From contig JAITFQ010000103.1 of NCBI GenBank assembly GCA_031281225.1, positions 1 through 62,607 of the forward strand: a DNA stretch of 62,607 nucleotides. Reading direction: 5' to 3'. Origin of the DNA: Chitinispirillales bacterium. Lineage in GTDB: Bacteria > Fibrobacterota > Chitinivibrionia > Chitinivibrionales > Chitinispirillaceae. Below the pieces are notes generated by a model. That model worked only from the letters and a program-made list of their open reading frames with translations. It did no database searches and was not told where the DNA came from. This document shows, in pieces, positions 1-9,714 of this stretch (position 1 is its first letter; each line of letters starts with the position of its first letter). Both the position numbers and the translations under genes were made by a program.

Positions 1-2
1 CC

Positions 3-743
3 CCCCCCCCCCCACAACCCGACGCCGGCGCCGAGTTTGACAAAGTCGCCCATGTATACAACGAGGATACCGTAGAAGCGTTGGGGAAATTTGGAAAATA
101 TAGAGACACCGCATTCACATACAAATGCCAATATCTGAAAAGTATTTTACCCAAAGAACCCGCCGGAATACTTGATTTCGGTTGCGGAGTCGGTTCAAAC
201 GTCCCTTATTTGAAAAAGTATTTTCCCAACGCAAAACTGTTCGGCTGCGATGTGTCTCCGGAGTCAATAAAAATAGCTAGAGCAAACTATGAATATTGTG
301 ACTTTCGGGCTATATGCGTGCCGAATGACTTGTCGTGTTATAAAGGTAAAGTGGACGTAGTATTCGTAAGCACCGTCTTTCACCACATACCGCCGGCCGA
401 GCATGAAAAATGGTTAGACGGGCTCTATTCTATAATGAAAAGCGGGGACTATTTGGTAATATTCGAGCACAACGTAAAAAATCCGATAACGGCCAAAGTA
501 GTTAAAAACCCTATTGACGAAGACGCGGTGATGCTCGACGCAAAATATTGCGCGCAACTTGTGAAAAGTAGATTTCACGGAACATCCATAAAAAATAAGG
601 TGATACGGACAGGGGGCGGTAACGTAAAATTGAGATATACATATTTCTTCCCGTGGCGCAACAGGCTGTTTACCGAAATAGAACGACTACTGTATTTTAT
701 ACCACTCGGCGCACAGTACTGCGTGCACGCAAGGAAGCGGTAG
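3..743 (+). CDS. class I SAM-dependent methyltransferase (5' partial, frame open to window edge)
   Basis: SAM motif I ILDFGCGVGSN. The frame stays open upstream of the TTG at 81 and reads EFDKVAHVYNEDTVEALGKF, a typical methyltransferase N-terminus, back into the poly-C run. Visibly lower GC than its neighbours. Confidence 0.8.
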   Translation, partial: PPPPQPDAGAEFDKVAHVYNEDTVEALGKFGKYRDTAFTYKCQYLKSILPKEPAGILDFGCGVGSNVPYLKKYFPNAKLFGCDVSPESIKIARANYEYCDFRAICVPNDLSCYKGKVDVVFVSTVFHHIPPAEHEKWLDGLYSIMKSGDYLVIFEHNVKNPITAKVVKNPIDEDAVMLDAKYCAQLVKSRFHGTSIKNKVIRTGGGNVKLRYTYFFPWRNRLFTEIERLLYFIPLGAQYCVHARKR

Positions 744-871
744 AGGCGGGCATAGTTCGATTACGACTGCTCGGATATATACTCCTTGTTTCGGCCGGCC
801 AATCTGACTTTTTGAGCAGACTGATTTTTATGATGACGAGGTTGGCCAATAGAAACGGTGGCGTGTCCGGT

Positions 872-1411
872 TTAATTTTTACGCATTGCCGAGATTAATT
901 TTTTCATCGACTCAAACGCGAGCTCGTCTTCGGATATGTCTTTGGGGAATTTATACAGGATTTCTGCGAGTTCGTCGTTTGGCTGCATTTGGGCCGATGC
1001 GGGCGGCAGAGTTTTGGCGCGGCAGGTGAAGAAGATGTCGAGGGTGTGGTAAAGTACGCCGCCGTAGGCGTAGGTGTTGGGTATCGACCGATAGTATTCG
1101 GCATGTTCGATTTCAATGTTCAACTCTTCAATGAGCTCCCGTTTGAGCGCGCTCTCCCCATCTTCGTTAAAATCCACAAACCCTCCGGGTAAGTCTAACA
1201 GCCCTTTTTGGGGGTCACGGTTCCTTCTGACGAGCAACAAGCGCCTCTCCGGGTCAAATATGAGCGCGGCAACCGCCGCCGCCGTGTTGAGATACAGCCC
1301 AAAACCGCATTTTTTCGTATCGGAACAGATGATTTTACGCGCATCCCTCAGGTACGCGGGAGCGGAGCAACGGGGACAGTAGTTGATTAAGGTAGAGTTT
1401 TCCGCGGTCAT
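872..1411 (-). CDS. NUDIX hydrolase with N-terminal Cys-rich (zinc-ribbon-like) segment
   Basis: Nudix box GGFVDFNEDGESALKRELIEELNIE fits GX5EX7REUXEEXGU. CPRC...C motif near the N-terminus. ATG start at 1411. Confidence 0.85.
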   Translation of the reverse strand: MTAENSTLINYCPRCSAPAYLRDARKIICSDTKKCGFGLYLNTAAAVAALIFDPERRLLLVRRNRDPQKGLLDLPGGFVDFNEDGESALKRELIEELNIEIEHAEYYRSIPNTYAYGGVLYHTLDIFFTCRAKTLPPASAQMQPNDELAEILYKFPKDISEDELAFESMKKLISAMRKN

Positions 1412-1453
1412 TCGGATGAAGTAGCGGGCGGCCGTACTGCCGCCCTTGTATAA

Positions 1454-1528
<75 letters not shown>

Positions 1529-1660
1529 ATTAAATGCCTCATTGTAATACAATATAATTGATGGAAAAATGGAATGCAAGAAAAAAATTAAAAAAATCTT
1601 TTTTTGCCATAAACTATTTTATGGATTCTGAAACATTCAATGAACTGAAAGGGGTGGGCT

Positions 1661-2236
1661 GTGAATAATGACATGCATGATCCGAATGAACAGGTTACCG
1701 ACTGGCAGGCGGCCTTGCGGTATCTCAAAGCCGGGAACGGGCGGTATTGCGAAAATCGGCCGGTTTCGCGGATAGTTAGCGCGGAAGAGAAAAAGGGGTT
1801 TGAGCGGGGGCAAAAACCCTTTGCCGTAATCGTCACCTGCTTCGACTCGCGCGTCGCGCCGGAGATATTTTTTGACCTCAGGCACGGGGACGCCTTCGTA
1901 ATCCGCAACGCCGGCAACATCGCCAACGAGCCGGTAATCGGCGGCATTGAGTTCGCCGTGGAATTTGTGAAAGTTCCGCTTGTTGTTGTGGTAGGCCACT
2001 CCTGCTGCGCGGCAGTCATTAACGCATTCGCCGACGGCGAGTATTCGGGGGAACTGGGCGGCCTCATGGCGCACCTCCGCCGCGCGATAGAGGGCAGTAA
2101 AGACGAGGACGAGGCGATACGCAAGAACATGGAGTACGCAGTCAAACAGATCAGTGAAAACGACGTGGTCAAGCGCATGGGCGCGAAAGTGATGGGGGCG
2201 TTTTACGATCTCGGGACGGGCGAAGTTTGCTTCTAA
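1661..2236 (+). CDS. beta-class carbonic anhydrase
   Basis: Zinc-ligand motifs CFDSR and GHSCCAAV (HxxC). GTG start preceded by AAAGGGG; an in-frame ATG at 1673 is an alternative start. Confidence 0.85.
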   Translation: MNNDMHDPNEQVTDWQAALRYLKAGNGRYCENRPVSRIVSAEEKKGFERGQKPFAVIVTCFDSRVAPEIFFDLRHGDAFVIRNAGNIANEPVIGGIEFAVEFVKVPLVVVVGHSCCAAVINAFADGEYSGELGGLMAHLRRAIEGSKDEDEAIRKNMEYAVKQISENDVVKRMGAKVMGAFYDLGTGEVCF

Positions 2237-3618
2237 TCGCGCGATTGGTGATATTATGCGGATGTATGGTGATTGCCGGACGCGTGTTTGCGGACGACAC
2301 GGCCGTTGTCCGGCAGTCACCCCAAAAAGACGCTGCCGTCTACATCCGCGCCATAGAGATTCACGGCAACAGGACCACGCGGCCCGAAGTCCTGAAGCAC
2401 TACATCACCTTCGACACCGGACAGGTTCTCGACACCGAGAAGCTACGCGCCACCCGCGCGAACCTGCTCGCTACGCAGCTCTACGATAAAGTCGACATCT
2501 TCCCGCACAACCGCGAAGACGGCGCCCATGTTTTCATTGTACTTACCGAATCGGTGCGGCTGCAGCTTTGGTACGGAGCGGGGTACGTCACCCGCAAGTA
2601 CGGAGAGAACAAGCTATGGTTCCAGCTCAACGCGAGCGCGGCGGTTGAGAATTTTCGGGGGCGGATGGAGGAATTTTACATCGGGGCGAGTGTTTGGGAT
2701 CTTTGGGCGCTCAATTTGGGGTGGCACAAGCCGTTCCTGTCGACCCCGTATTTCATCGCGGCAAGCGCGGGGGTTTCCACGCATCCCGACGAGAGCCTGC
2801 CGCTCGACTACATAGACGTATACGGGAGGATGGCGATCGGGCGGAAGTTCGGCAATAACCTGCGGCTCGCCCTAAGCGCGATTCCAATATACCGGCACAG
2901 GACGGTCGTACAGAGCGTACTCGGCCCCGACAGCATCGCGCCATTTAACAGCGACGACCTCTATGAGGCGTTCGCGATGCTCGCCATCACCGCCGACTAC
3001 CGCTCCGCGCGGTTCGACCCGAAAAGCGGATGGTTCCTCCACTCGCACATCCGTACAAATCGGCTGTACAGCGGCATAAACATACCGTTCTTTCAGCTTA
3101 CTAACGATTTCCGGTACTATCAACCGGCAGCCTTGGGCGCTATGGCCGCCTTACGGCTCAAGCTCGTGCTGCGCGATACCGACGCCGGAAGGTATCACAG
3201 GCTGACCTATGGCGGTGCGGGGGAGATCCGCGGCTACGGCGACAAAATCCTCGGCTGGCAATTCCCCGTGAACAGTTCGTTTCTCGCGTCCGTCAAATAC
3301 CATCAACCGCTTTGGCGGTCGCCGCCGCTCCCGACACCGCTTGTCAACCTGGTTTTCAGCGGTGTGCACAACCTAACGTACCGTATTGATGCCGCCCTCA
3401 TCGCCGACTACGCCGGATTATTCCGTGAACCTCTCGGCGCCGTTACCTTTGACAACTGGCGTCAGGACGGCGTTGGGCTTGGGTTTGGGGCGAGGATCGT
3501 CATCCCCGAGATAAAACAGAGCGCGTGCATCGATTTAGTTTGGGGGAGGAACGAGCGGGCAGGGGGCGAGGTTGTGTGGAGCCCGATGCTGCACATGTAC
3601 CTGGACCTGTTTTTTTGA
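2227..3618 (+). CDS. Omp85-family outer-membrane protein with one POTRA domain (BamA/TamA/ShlB-like)
   Basis: Signal peptide, then a POTRA-like segment IEIHGNRTTRPEVLKHYITFDTGQVLDTEKL, a long beta-rich C-terminal region and a C-terminal aromatic residue (LDLFF). Overlaps the stop of the upstream gene by 10 nt. Confidence 0.6.
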   Translation: MLLIARLVILCGCMVIAGRVFADDTAVVRQSPQKDAAVYIRAIEIHGNRTTRPEVLKHYITFDTGQVLDTEKLRATRANLLATQLYDKVDIFPHNREDGAHVFIVLTESVRLQLWYGAGYVTRKYGENKLWFQLNASAAVENFRGRMEEFYIGASVWDLWALNLGWHKPFLSTPYFIAASAGVSTHPDESLPLDYIDVYGRMAIGRKFGNNLRLALSAIPIYRHRTVVQSVLGPDSIAPFNSDDLYEAFAMLAITADYRSARFDPKSGWFLHSHIRTNRLYSGINIPFFQLTNDFRYYQPAALGAMAALRLKLVLRDTDAGRYHRLTYGGAGEIRGYGDKILGWQFPVNSSFLASVKYHQPLWRSPPLPTPLVNLVFSGVHNLTYRIDAALIADYAGLFREPLGAVTFDNWRQDGVGLGFGARIVIPEIKQSACIDLVWGRNERAGGEVVWSPMLHMYLDLFF

Positions 3619-3620
3619 TT

Positions 3621-3642
3621 GGGCGGGTGCGAAGGCCCGCCC
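3621..3642. terminator. GC-rich hairpin between convergent genes (possible bidirectional terminator)
   Basis: GGGCGGG-tgcgaagg-CCCGCCC. There is no clean U-tract on either strand, so confidence is modest. Confidence 0.4.
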
Positions 3643-3651
3643 CAACAATCG

Positions 3652-3828
3652 TCACGGCATCTTACAAACTATCAGCCTCGTTGACTGATCCGCGGTATTG
3701 AACCAAAACGATAGCTCGTTACCGTACGTCGTAAAGCACTCGAGCAAATGCCTTTTGGTTCCGCAGGGGTAGATATTCTTATACTTCCTGCGGGCCTGCC
3801 GTATCATGCTCTTTTTCAACTGCTCCAT
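3652..3828 (-). CDS. small hypothetical protein (58 aa), below the ORF-track length cutoff
   Basis: Hand translation gives MEQLKKSMIRQARRKYKNIYPCGTKRHLLECFTTYGNELSFWFNTADQSTRLIVCKMP. A strong Shine-Dalgarno AGGGAGG sits 5 nt upstream of the ATG. The ORF fills an otherwise empty gap. Confidence 0.5.
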   Translation of the reverse strand: MEQLKKSMIRQARRKYKNIYPCGTKRHLLECFTTYGNELSFWFNTADQSTRLIVCKMP

Positions 3829-4032
3829 AGCAACCTCCCTGTATTGGTTTTTTGAGTTCCGGCCTGTAGCCGCCTTACGCTATATATGTCACGCAAAATC
3901 TGTGCCAATAGGTTTTCGCGGGTAATTTTAATGTTTTTGGAGGTTTTTTATGGATTATACCGGGGAAAGAGGCCAGATCGCGGCGGATATTTTGTCCGAA
4001 GCGGAAAAATTTTCCGGCAGAGCCGCGGCCTG

Positions 4033-4893
4033 TCAAATTTTAAAATTGATACTCACCGCCCAGGAAGCCCCGCCGCCGGGCTTTACAACGCGCTGGATGA
4101 ACGGTTCGAAGGAAAATGTCTGTGAGTTGGCCCAAATGGGGCAGCGGGCGACGATATAGTCCGTTTGCAGGCTGACAAGGCCGGTAACGGGGTGGGGAAT
4201 GGTGAAAATCAGTTTTTCGGGGGGAACTTCCAACACCTGAAACAAGCCTTTTTTCCAGGGATAATTCGGTTTCATGCGTATCATTCCGTCGGCCCCCATG
4301 TCATACCCGGCGTTTTCGGGCAATATTACCGGGCGGCAGATCTTTCCGCACGCCAGGCCGGTGCTGGCGTTAATCGGGAAAAAGGGGTGCGGGAACCAGC
4401 GTAAATTCACATCCGTGCCGCCGATATTATCAACAGCGGTGATCGACGCGACGCGGCTGCCGTCGAGGCGTACTTCCCGCCTTAGCCTGATTGATTTCTC
4501 CCCAAAACTCTGCGACGCCGTCATCACCGCCCAGTTTGCCCCGTGCTCGATTTTCCATGGGCACGGTTGGGTGACGAGTTGGTTGTTTCTCGGGTGGAAC
4601 GGCTCAATAGCGCTTGATTTTTCGACGATTCCGACGCCTATTACGCATACATCGCCCCCCACAGGCCCGCCGTCCCCGCCAAGCGGCGTTTCAAAAACTT
4701 CCGGCATCCCCTGGCCGTCAAACGGAGGCGGGTCCGGCGACGGAAAGTGCGGGCCGCTGAGCAGTGCGCGGCCGTTTCTGTCATATACCTGCCAAATATA
4801 GCCCCCAGTGCAATATCTCGAACCCATTTTGCCGCGGTCGGCGAGCGGATCAAGAATGTCGGCGGAAAGGCTGGCGCTACGGAGGGTGAGCAT
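4033..4893 (-). CDS. hypothetical protein, possibly galactose-mutarotase/aldose-epimerase-like fold
   Basis: The C-terminal pattern PIWANSQTFSFEPF...VKPGGGASWAVSINFKI resembles the final strands of aldose 1-epimerase-like proteins. There is no signal peptide. The family assignment is weak. Confidence 0.4.
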   Translation of the reverse strand: MLTLRSASLSADILDPLADRGKMGSRYCTGGYIWQVYDRNGRALLSGPHFPSPDPPPFDGQGMPEVFETPLGGDGGPVGGDVCVIGVGIVEKSSAIEPFHPRNNQLVTQPCPWKIEHGANWAVMTASQSFGEKSIRLRREVRLDGSRVASITAVDNIGGTDVNLRWFPHPFFPINASTGLACGKICRPVILPENAGYDMGADGMIRMKPNYPWKKGLFQVLEVPPEKLIFTIPHPVTGLVSLQTDYIVARCPIWANSQTFSFEPFIQRVVKPGGGASWAVSINFKI

Positions 4894-4902
4894 GATGGAT
4901 TT

Positions 4903-7170
4903 TTACTTGGCCGCGACCGTCATTCCCGGGGCGTAAACCGTTACGCAGTTGCGCCCGGCTCTTTTTGAGGCGTAGAGCGCCTTGTCGGCACAGTCTATAA
5001 TCTCCTGCTGCGTCGCGCAGTGGACGGGGATGGTCGCGCAGCCTACGCTTATGGTTACCCTGAGCTTATCGGTACCGCTGTCAACCACGTGCGCTTCGAT
5101 AATTTGCCGTATCCTGTCGGCGATGATAAACGCGCCGTTGGGATCTGTTTCCGGCAGTATCACTCCAAACTCTTCGCCGCCGTAGCGCGCGGGAAAATCG
5201 TTGAGGCGCACGGCATTGCGGATACAGGCAGCGACCTCGCGCAAAACCATGTCGCCCACCGGGTGGCCGTGGGTGTCGTTGAATTTTTTGAAAAAGTCGA
5301 TGTCCGTGAGCAGGAGCGATAGCGGCAGGCGGCTACGCCTTGCGCGTTCGAGTTCCTGCGCCAATTTTTCCTGAAACGTGCGGTGGTTGTTGAGCCCGGT
5401 TAGTCCGTCGGTCGTCGCGTATTTTTCCATTTTGAGGTACAAAAGCGATCTTGTGACGGCGACGGACGCGTTTTCGATGATGGTCGTCAACTGCTTTTTC
5501 AGCGGGTGGTCATCTCCGGCCGCGCCAGTTCCGAATACTCCGGGCGCGTCGCTCTCCACGGAAAACAGTCCTAAGCACCTGCGCTCCTCGCCGCCAATTA
5601 TAGGGATTACGAGGAGGGAGCGCGTTGCCGGGGTCAACGGTTCATTGGAGACGAACCGGTAGCCTTTCACCGCCTGCAAGTCGGGAATGTTTACCGGGCC
5701 GTTGTTGTAATTGTTGAACGCGTAGGAGTATATGCCGCCTGACGCGGGCGGGAATTTCCATTTTTCCGCCCCCGCGAGCTCACCCTTCGTGCCGGTGATA
5801 TGCCGCAACTCCAAAGTGTTTGTTTCCTGATCGTGCAGTATGACAATCTGCCGCATGCAGGAGGGGACAATGCTCGGTATTTTCTCCATGATCGCGTTGA
5901 AAACCTCATCCGTCTTGAGCGCAACCGAGAACTGCTGGCTTATATTATAGTACACTTCAAACATTTTTGCGTTATGCTCAAGCGTGAGGTTCATTTGGAT
6001 ATTCTTTATAAGCGCGGCGGCGATTGAGGAAAACTTTTTCATGACCTCCTTATCGTGCTCGTTAAAGGCGTTTTTGTTTATGCTGTCGACAACGAGAACC
6101 CCCAAAAATTCCTCTATTTTTTTATCTCTGGCCCCGTTTTTGAACTCCCAGTATTCCCATACGATAGGCGCGGCGATAAGCGAGCTTACGTTGGCGTTTT
6201 GCGCGTAATAAGGGGGCTGCCCGCCGTAAAGCGCCAGATCGCCGCTCATAAAAAGCTTCCGATCCGCCGCGACCTGGCCGATGTTGCCCTTGCCAACGGA
6301 AATCTGCGCCTGTTCGGCTATCTGTATGCCACCCTTGGTTTCATGGCAGTTGAGCGCTAAAGTGCGTCCCGCCGAATCGTAAATAAACGCGCAGGCGGTA
6401 AGCGCCTTGAAGTTGTAGCGCATGAAAGGGAGCATGGCCTTCAGCTGCGCGTTTACCCCGTCCCCGCCGTCTTTGAGCAGGGTGAACGTGTCGGTGCTTG
6501 ATGAGTCCATCAGTATGGTGTTCGCGGAAACGAGGCCGGTATCCGTCGGGCCCGCCGCGCCCTTCTTCGCCCCGTCCTGCTGCGGCATCGCGCGCGCCCG
6601 CGCCATGCCGTCGTTGATGGCGTTGTTGCGCACCTCTTCAAGCGTTTTGTTGTATTCTTCGTTTTGCGCGGCGTTTCTCTTCCTGAGGATTAGCCACGGG
6701 ATAAAACCGGCAAGAAACGCCGCCACCGTGAGCTGCGCCGTCACAAGGTAGAACGAAGCGCCTCCGGCGGCAACCATCTCTCTCTGCTCGAAATACACCA
6801 GCGCCGAAGACGAAACCGCCGCGAAGGCGAAAACAACAAGCCAAACTAGGTCGGCCCTTAAAAGCGCCGGCAGCAGCACAGACGCGACAACAAGCGCGGC
6901 GTGGGCGTCATGCCACTCAGCCGCGGCGGCAGGGAAAAGCGTCCTTGAAACCAATACCAGCGCCGCCGGCCAAAGAAAATAGTGAGCGCCGAGTTTTTTG
7001 GACGGCGAAGCGAGCGCCCGCCACAAAACAAAGAGAAGCGCAAGGATAGGGAACGGCAGCCCCCCTGCCCCGAACATGTCATAGCCGTCGCCCGCCCCGT
7101 TAATAAAACCGAGGACGCTGACCGCGGCAACGCCGGCTACAAGTATATAGTTGATAATAGCCAGTATCAT
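4903..7170 (-). CDS. membrane-anchored diguanylate cyclase (multi-TM N-terminus, GAF-like middle region, GGDEF domain)
   Basis: GGDEF signature RYGGEEFGVILPE plus DIDFFKKFNDTHGHPVGD. About 6 hydrophobic helices at the N-terminus. The first ATG is at 7170; the ORF-track start at 7221 is a TTG. Confidence 0.88.
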   Translation of the reverse strand: MILAIINYILVAGVAAVSVLGFINGAGDGYDMFGAGGLPFPILALLFVLWRALASPSKKLGAHYFLWPAALVLVSRTLFPAAAAEWHDAHAALVVASVLLPALLRADLVWLVVFAFAAVSSSALVYFEQREMVAAGGASFYLVTAQLTVAAFLAGFIPWLILRKRNAAQNEEYNKTLEEVRNNAINDGMARARAMPQQDGAKKGAAGPTDTGLVSANTILMDSSSTDTFTLLKDGGDGVNAQLKAMLPFMRYNFKALTACAFIYDSAGRTLALNCHETKGGIQIAEQAQISVGKGNIGQVAADRKLFMSGDLALYGGQPPYYAQNANVSSLIAAPIVWEYWEFKNGARDKKIEEFLGVLVVDSINKNAFNEHDKEVMKKFSSIAAALIKNIQMNLTLEHNAKMFEVYYNISQQFSVALKTDEVFNAIMEKIPSIVPSCMRQIVILHDQETNTLELRHITGTKGELAGAEKWKFPPASGGIYSYAFNNYNNGPVNIPDLQAVKGYRFVSNEPLTPATRSLLVIPIIGGEERRCLGLFSVESDAPGVFGTGAAGDDHPLKKQLTTIIENASVAVTRSLLYLKMEKYATTDGLTGLNNHRTFQEKLAQELERARRSRLPLSLLLTDIDFFKKFNDTHGHPVGDMVLREVAACIRNAVRLNDFPARYGGEEFGVILPETDPNGAFIIADRIRQIIEAHVVDSGTDKLRVTISVGCATIPVHCATQQEIIDCADKALYASKRAGRNCVTVYAPGMTVAAK

Positions 7171-7415
7171 CTTTCGAAATCTTTTTTGATGATTGTTTAA
7201 AATACCATATTCCGTATACAATATAACATACGCGCCGCCCCCGTGTCAATGGTGTATGAATCTTGAACCGGTAATCGGTGCTGCGTTTTACTCCGCACTA
7301 AAAATTAGTACGATTTTACATTTGCAAAAGTGTTGCCAATATGTTATATTTCCTGTAGTAGCTGCGGAGTTCATAATTGATTCCGAACACTAAAAACGCT
7401 TTTTTAGAAATTATC

Positions 7416-8576
7416 ATGGACAGCAAAACCAAAAAAAACGGCCGTTTCCGCAGATTTGTTTTCCGCCTGCTCGGCCCATCCATGTCAAGGGCGGTTGTCC
7501 GCCGGATACTCCGCAAGAGGATCGACAAAAGCCACGCCGCCTTCCCGGCTGATTTGAGCCGCTGCTCGGACATTCTGTTCATCCTGCCCGCCGACAGAGT
7601 CGAAATGGTGTTCCAGCTCGAAAACCTGTTCGCCATTCTCGGCAGGTACAAGGAGTCGAGCATAACGTTTGTCTGCCCAGCCGCCCATACTTCATTTGTC
7701 AGCGGCCTCAAAAACGCGCGTGTGCTAAAATTTAACCCGGAAGAATTTTTGCTTTACAGCGCGGAGTTCAGCAGGCTGGTCAAGGAGTTGACGGTTAAAA
7801 CGTTTGATATCTGCGTGATGCTGGAAAAGCGGTACACTTTGGCCCACCTGTACCTCGTAGGTGTCAGCCGCGCCCACCTGCGCATGGGCTGGGAAAACGT
7901 GGAAAACGGCGGCAGCTTCCCATTTCTGAATATCCGCCTTGTCTCTACCCAAAGAGAAAACGTGACACTTTGGGAGCGCAACCTGGAAGCCGCAAAAATC
8001 CTGAACGCCAAAACCAACGCGGGCGTGCGCTGGGGCGTACAGAAATCGACAGCGGAAGAGGTCGCCAAAACCTTGAGCGAGCACAAGCTGAAAAAAGAGC
8101 CGGCGCTGATATGCGTAGACCTTGCAAATCTAGAAAACAACTGCGGCAGAGAGTGGTGCGCCGAATTGCTGAAAAGCCTGAAAGGATCAAGCGCCGGGCA
8201 GTTCTATATTTTCGGCGGGACGGAAGAGGATAACAAAGGTTTTAATGACCCGCCCTTCCCCGTGCTCCCGCCCATGTCCGTCCCGCGCACCGCCGCGCTG
8301 ATCGCATGTACGGACCTGGTGATAACCGGAGCCGGCGCGCTTCTCGGGCTCGCCCAAATATCTTCGGGCAAGATTGTCCCCGTCATCACAAAAGAGCAGG
8401 CGGAATTCTATTGCAGGCAAAGCAACCGGATATCGCCCGCGCTGTTTTCCGGCAAACCGGACGGCGGGACAGTAAAAGATGTTCTGAAAAATATTAAAAC
8501 CCTGATGACGCCGCCAACCGTGATGATAACTCCGTCAGTTTCGAAAGTTTCTCCGCCGCCGCCCCGGAATCGATAG
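7416..8576 (+). CDS. glycosyltransferase family 9 (heptosyltransferase)-like protein
   Basis: About 385 aa. The C-terminal segment ACTDLVITGAGALLGLAQI resembles the GT9 DSGxxHLA region. The first ATG is at 7416; 7377 is a TTG. The 3' end overlaps convergent trpD by 83 nt. Confidence 0.4.
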   Translation: MDSKTKKNGRFRRFVFRLLGPSMSRAVVRRILRKRIDKSHAAFPADLSRCSDILFILPADRVEMVFQLENLFAILGRYKESSITFVCPAAHTSFVSGLKNARVLKFNPEEFLLYSAEFSRLVKELTVKTFDICVMLEKRYTLAHLYLVGVSRAHLRMGWENVENGGSFPFLNIRLVSTQRENVTLWERNLEAAKILNAKTNAGVRWGVQKSTAEEVAKTLSEHKLKKEPALICVDLANLENNCGREWCAELLKSLKGSSAGQFYIFGGTEEDNKGFNDPPFPVLPPMSVPRTAALIACTDLVITGAGALLGLAQISSGKIVPVITKEQAEFYCRQSNRISPALFSGKPDGGTVKDVLKNIKTLMTPPTVMITPSVSKVSPPPPRNR

Positions 8577-9537
8577 CTTTTTCCGCCGCCGCAACCCCCT
8601 CTTTGGGGTCTTTCACAATCTCGGCCGCGCAAAGGGCGAAAGCCGCGTTAAGCACCGCCACATCTCTAGTGGCGCCCTTTTTCCCCTCGAGGATGCCCCT
8701 GACGATATTTGCACTATAATCGGCATCCTTGCCCAGTATTGATTCGGGCGGGGCCTTTTTGAAGCCGAACTCTTCGGGCGTTATCCTGTACGTAATTACC
8801 TTACCGTCTCTGACCTCCGACACCTGCGTCGCGCCGCAAATTGATATCTCGTCTATAGGCACCGGCTCTAGGCCGTGTACGACGAACGCCTTGGCGCTCC
8901 CCATGTTCAGCAACACCTGCGCCATCGTTTCCGTCAGATTGGGCGAGAATACCCCCAATAGCTGGCTCTTTGTCCTCGCCGGGTTTGTCAGCGGCCCCAG
9001 TATGTTAAAAATTGTCCTTATCCCAATCTGCTTGCGCGCCGCCGCCGCGTATTTCATCGCCCCATGGAGCGTCGGCGCGAACAGAAAGCCGATCCCTATC
9101 TCCTTAAGGCAAGCGCTAATCTGTTCGGCTGTGAGGTTGATGTTCACCCCCAACTTTTCAAGCACGTCGGCGCTCCCGCTACGGCTCGATATTGAGCGGT
9201 TGCCGTGTTTAGCGACCTTCGCCCCCGCGCCCGCCGCGATTATCGCCGCCGCCGTCGAGATGTTGAACGAGCTGGACCCATCCCCACCCGTGCCGCACGT
9301 GTCGATCAAATTCTGTCGCGTGCTCGAATAGATGCGCGCCGCCTTATCCCGCATGACGTACGCTGCGCCGGTAATCTCATCCGGCGTCTCCCCCTTCATC
9401 CGCAGCGCGACAATAAACGCCGCAATTTGAGCGTCCGTCGCCAACCCCTCCATTATGGCGGCAAACACCTCCGACGACTCCGCGACAGAAAGCCCGCCAC
9501 CCGCCGCAACACGCTTTATTGCGCTCTGAATATCCAT
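8494..9537 (-). CDS. trpD: anthranilate phosphoribosyltransferase
   Basis: Diagnostic CGTGGDGSSSFNISTAAAIIAAGAGAKVAKHGNRSISSRSGSADVLE. Start taken at MDIQSAIKRV (ATG 9537) rather than the upstream extension. Confidence 0.93.
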   Translation of the reverse strand: MDIQSAIKRVAAGGGLSVAESSEVFAAIMEGLATDAQIAAFIVALRMKGETPDEITGAAYVMRDKAARIYSSTRQNLIDTCGTGGDGSSSFNISTAAAIIAAGAGAKVAKHGNRSISSRSGSADVLEKLGVNINLTAEQISACLKEIGIGFLFAPTLHGAMKYAAAARKQIGIRTIFNILGPLTNPARTKSQLLGVFSPNLTETMAQVLLNMGSAKAFVVHGLEPVPIDEISICGATQVSEVRDGKVITYRITPEEFGFKKAPPESILGKDADYSANIVRGILEGKKGATRDVAVLNAAFALCAAEIVKDPKEGVAAAEKAIDSGAAAEKLSKLTELSSRLAASSGF

Positions 9538-9714
9538 AGTAAACGCACGCTTGTCTGATTTTATGGTGATGGAATAAACATACAGAAACAAATATACGTG
9601 ATGGCAACGGTATTAATCACAATTAAAAAAATTAAAAAAAATCTTACACTGTAACGCGCAAATTATTTTTATTCGGAAGTATACTAACCCCTAAAAACAC
9701 AGGAGAGCCCCAAA

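Noticed and set aside
1588-2320. 196-aa and 227-aa minus-strand ORFs opposite the carbonic anhydrase gene
   Set aside because: The sense strand has both beta-CA zinc motifs. The antisense translations are low-complexity.
3950-4159. 69-aa plus-strand ORF with a good GGAGG Shine-Dalgarno
   Set aside because: Its last 127 nt overlap the well-formed C-terminal strands of the convergent 286-aa gene. It has no recognisable motif. It is left uncalled but could be real, and Ribo-seq would decide.
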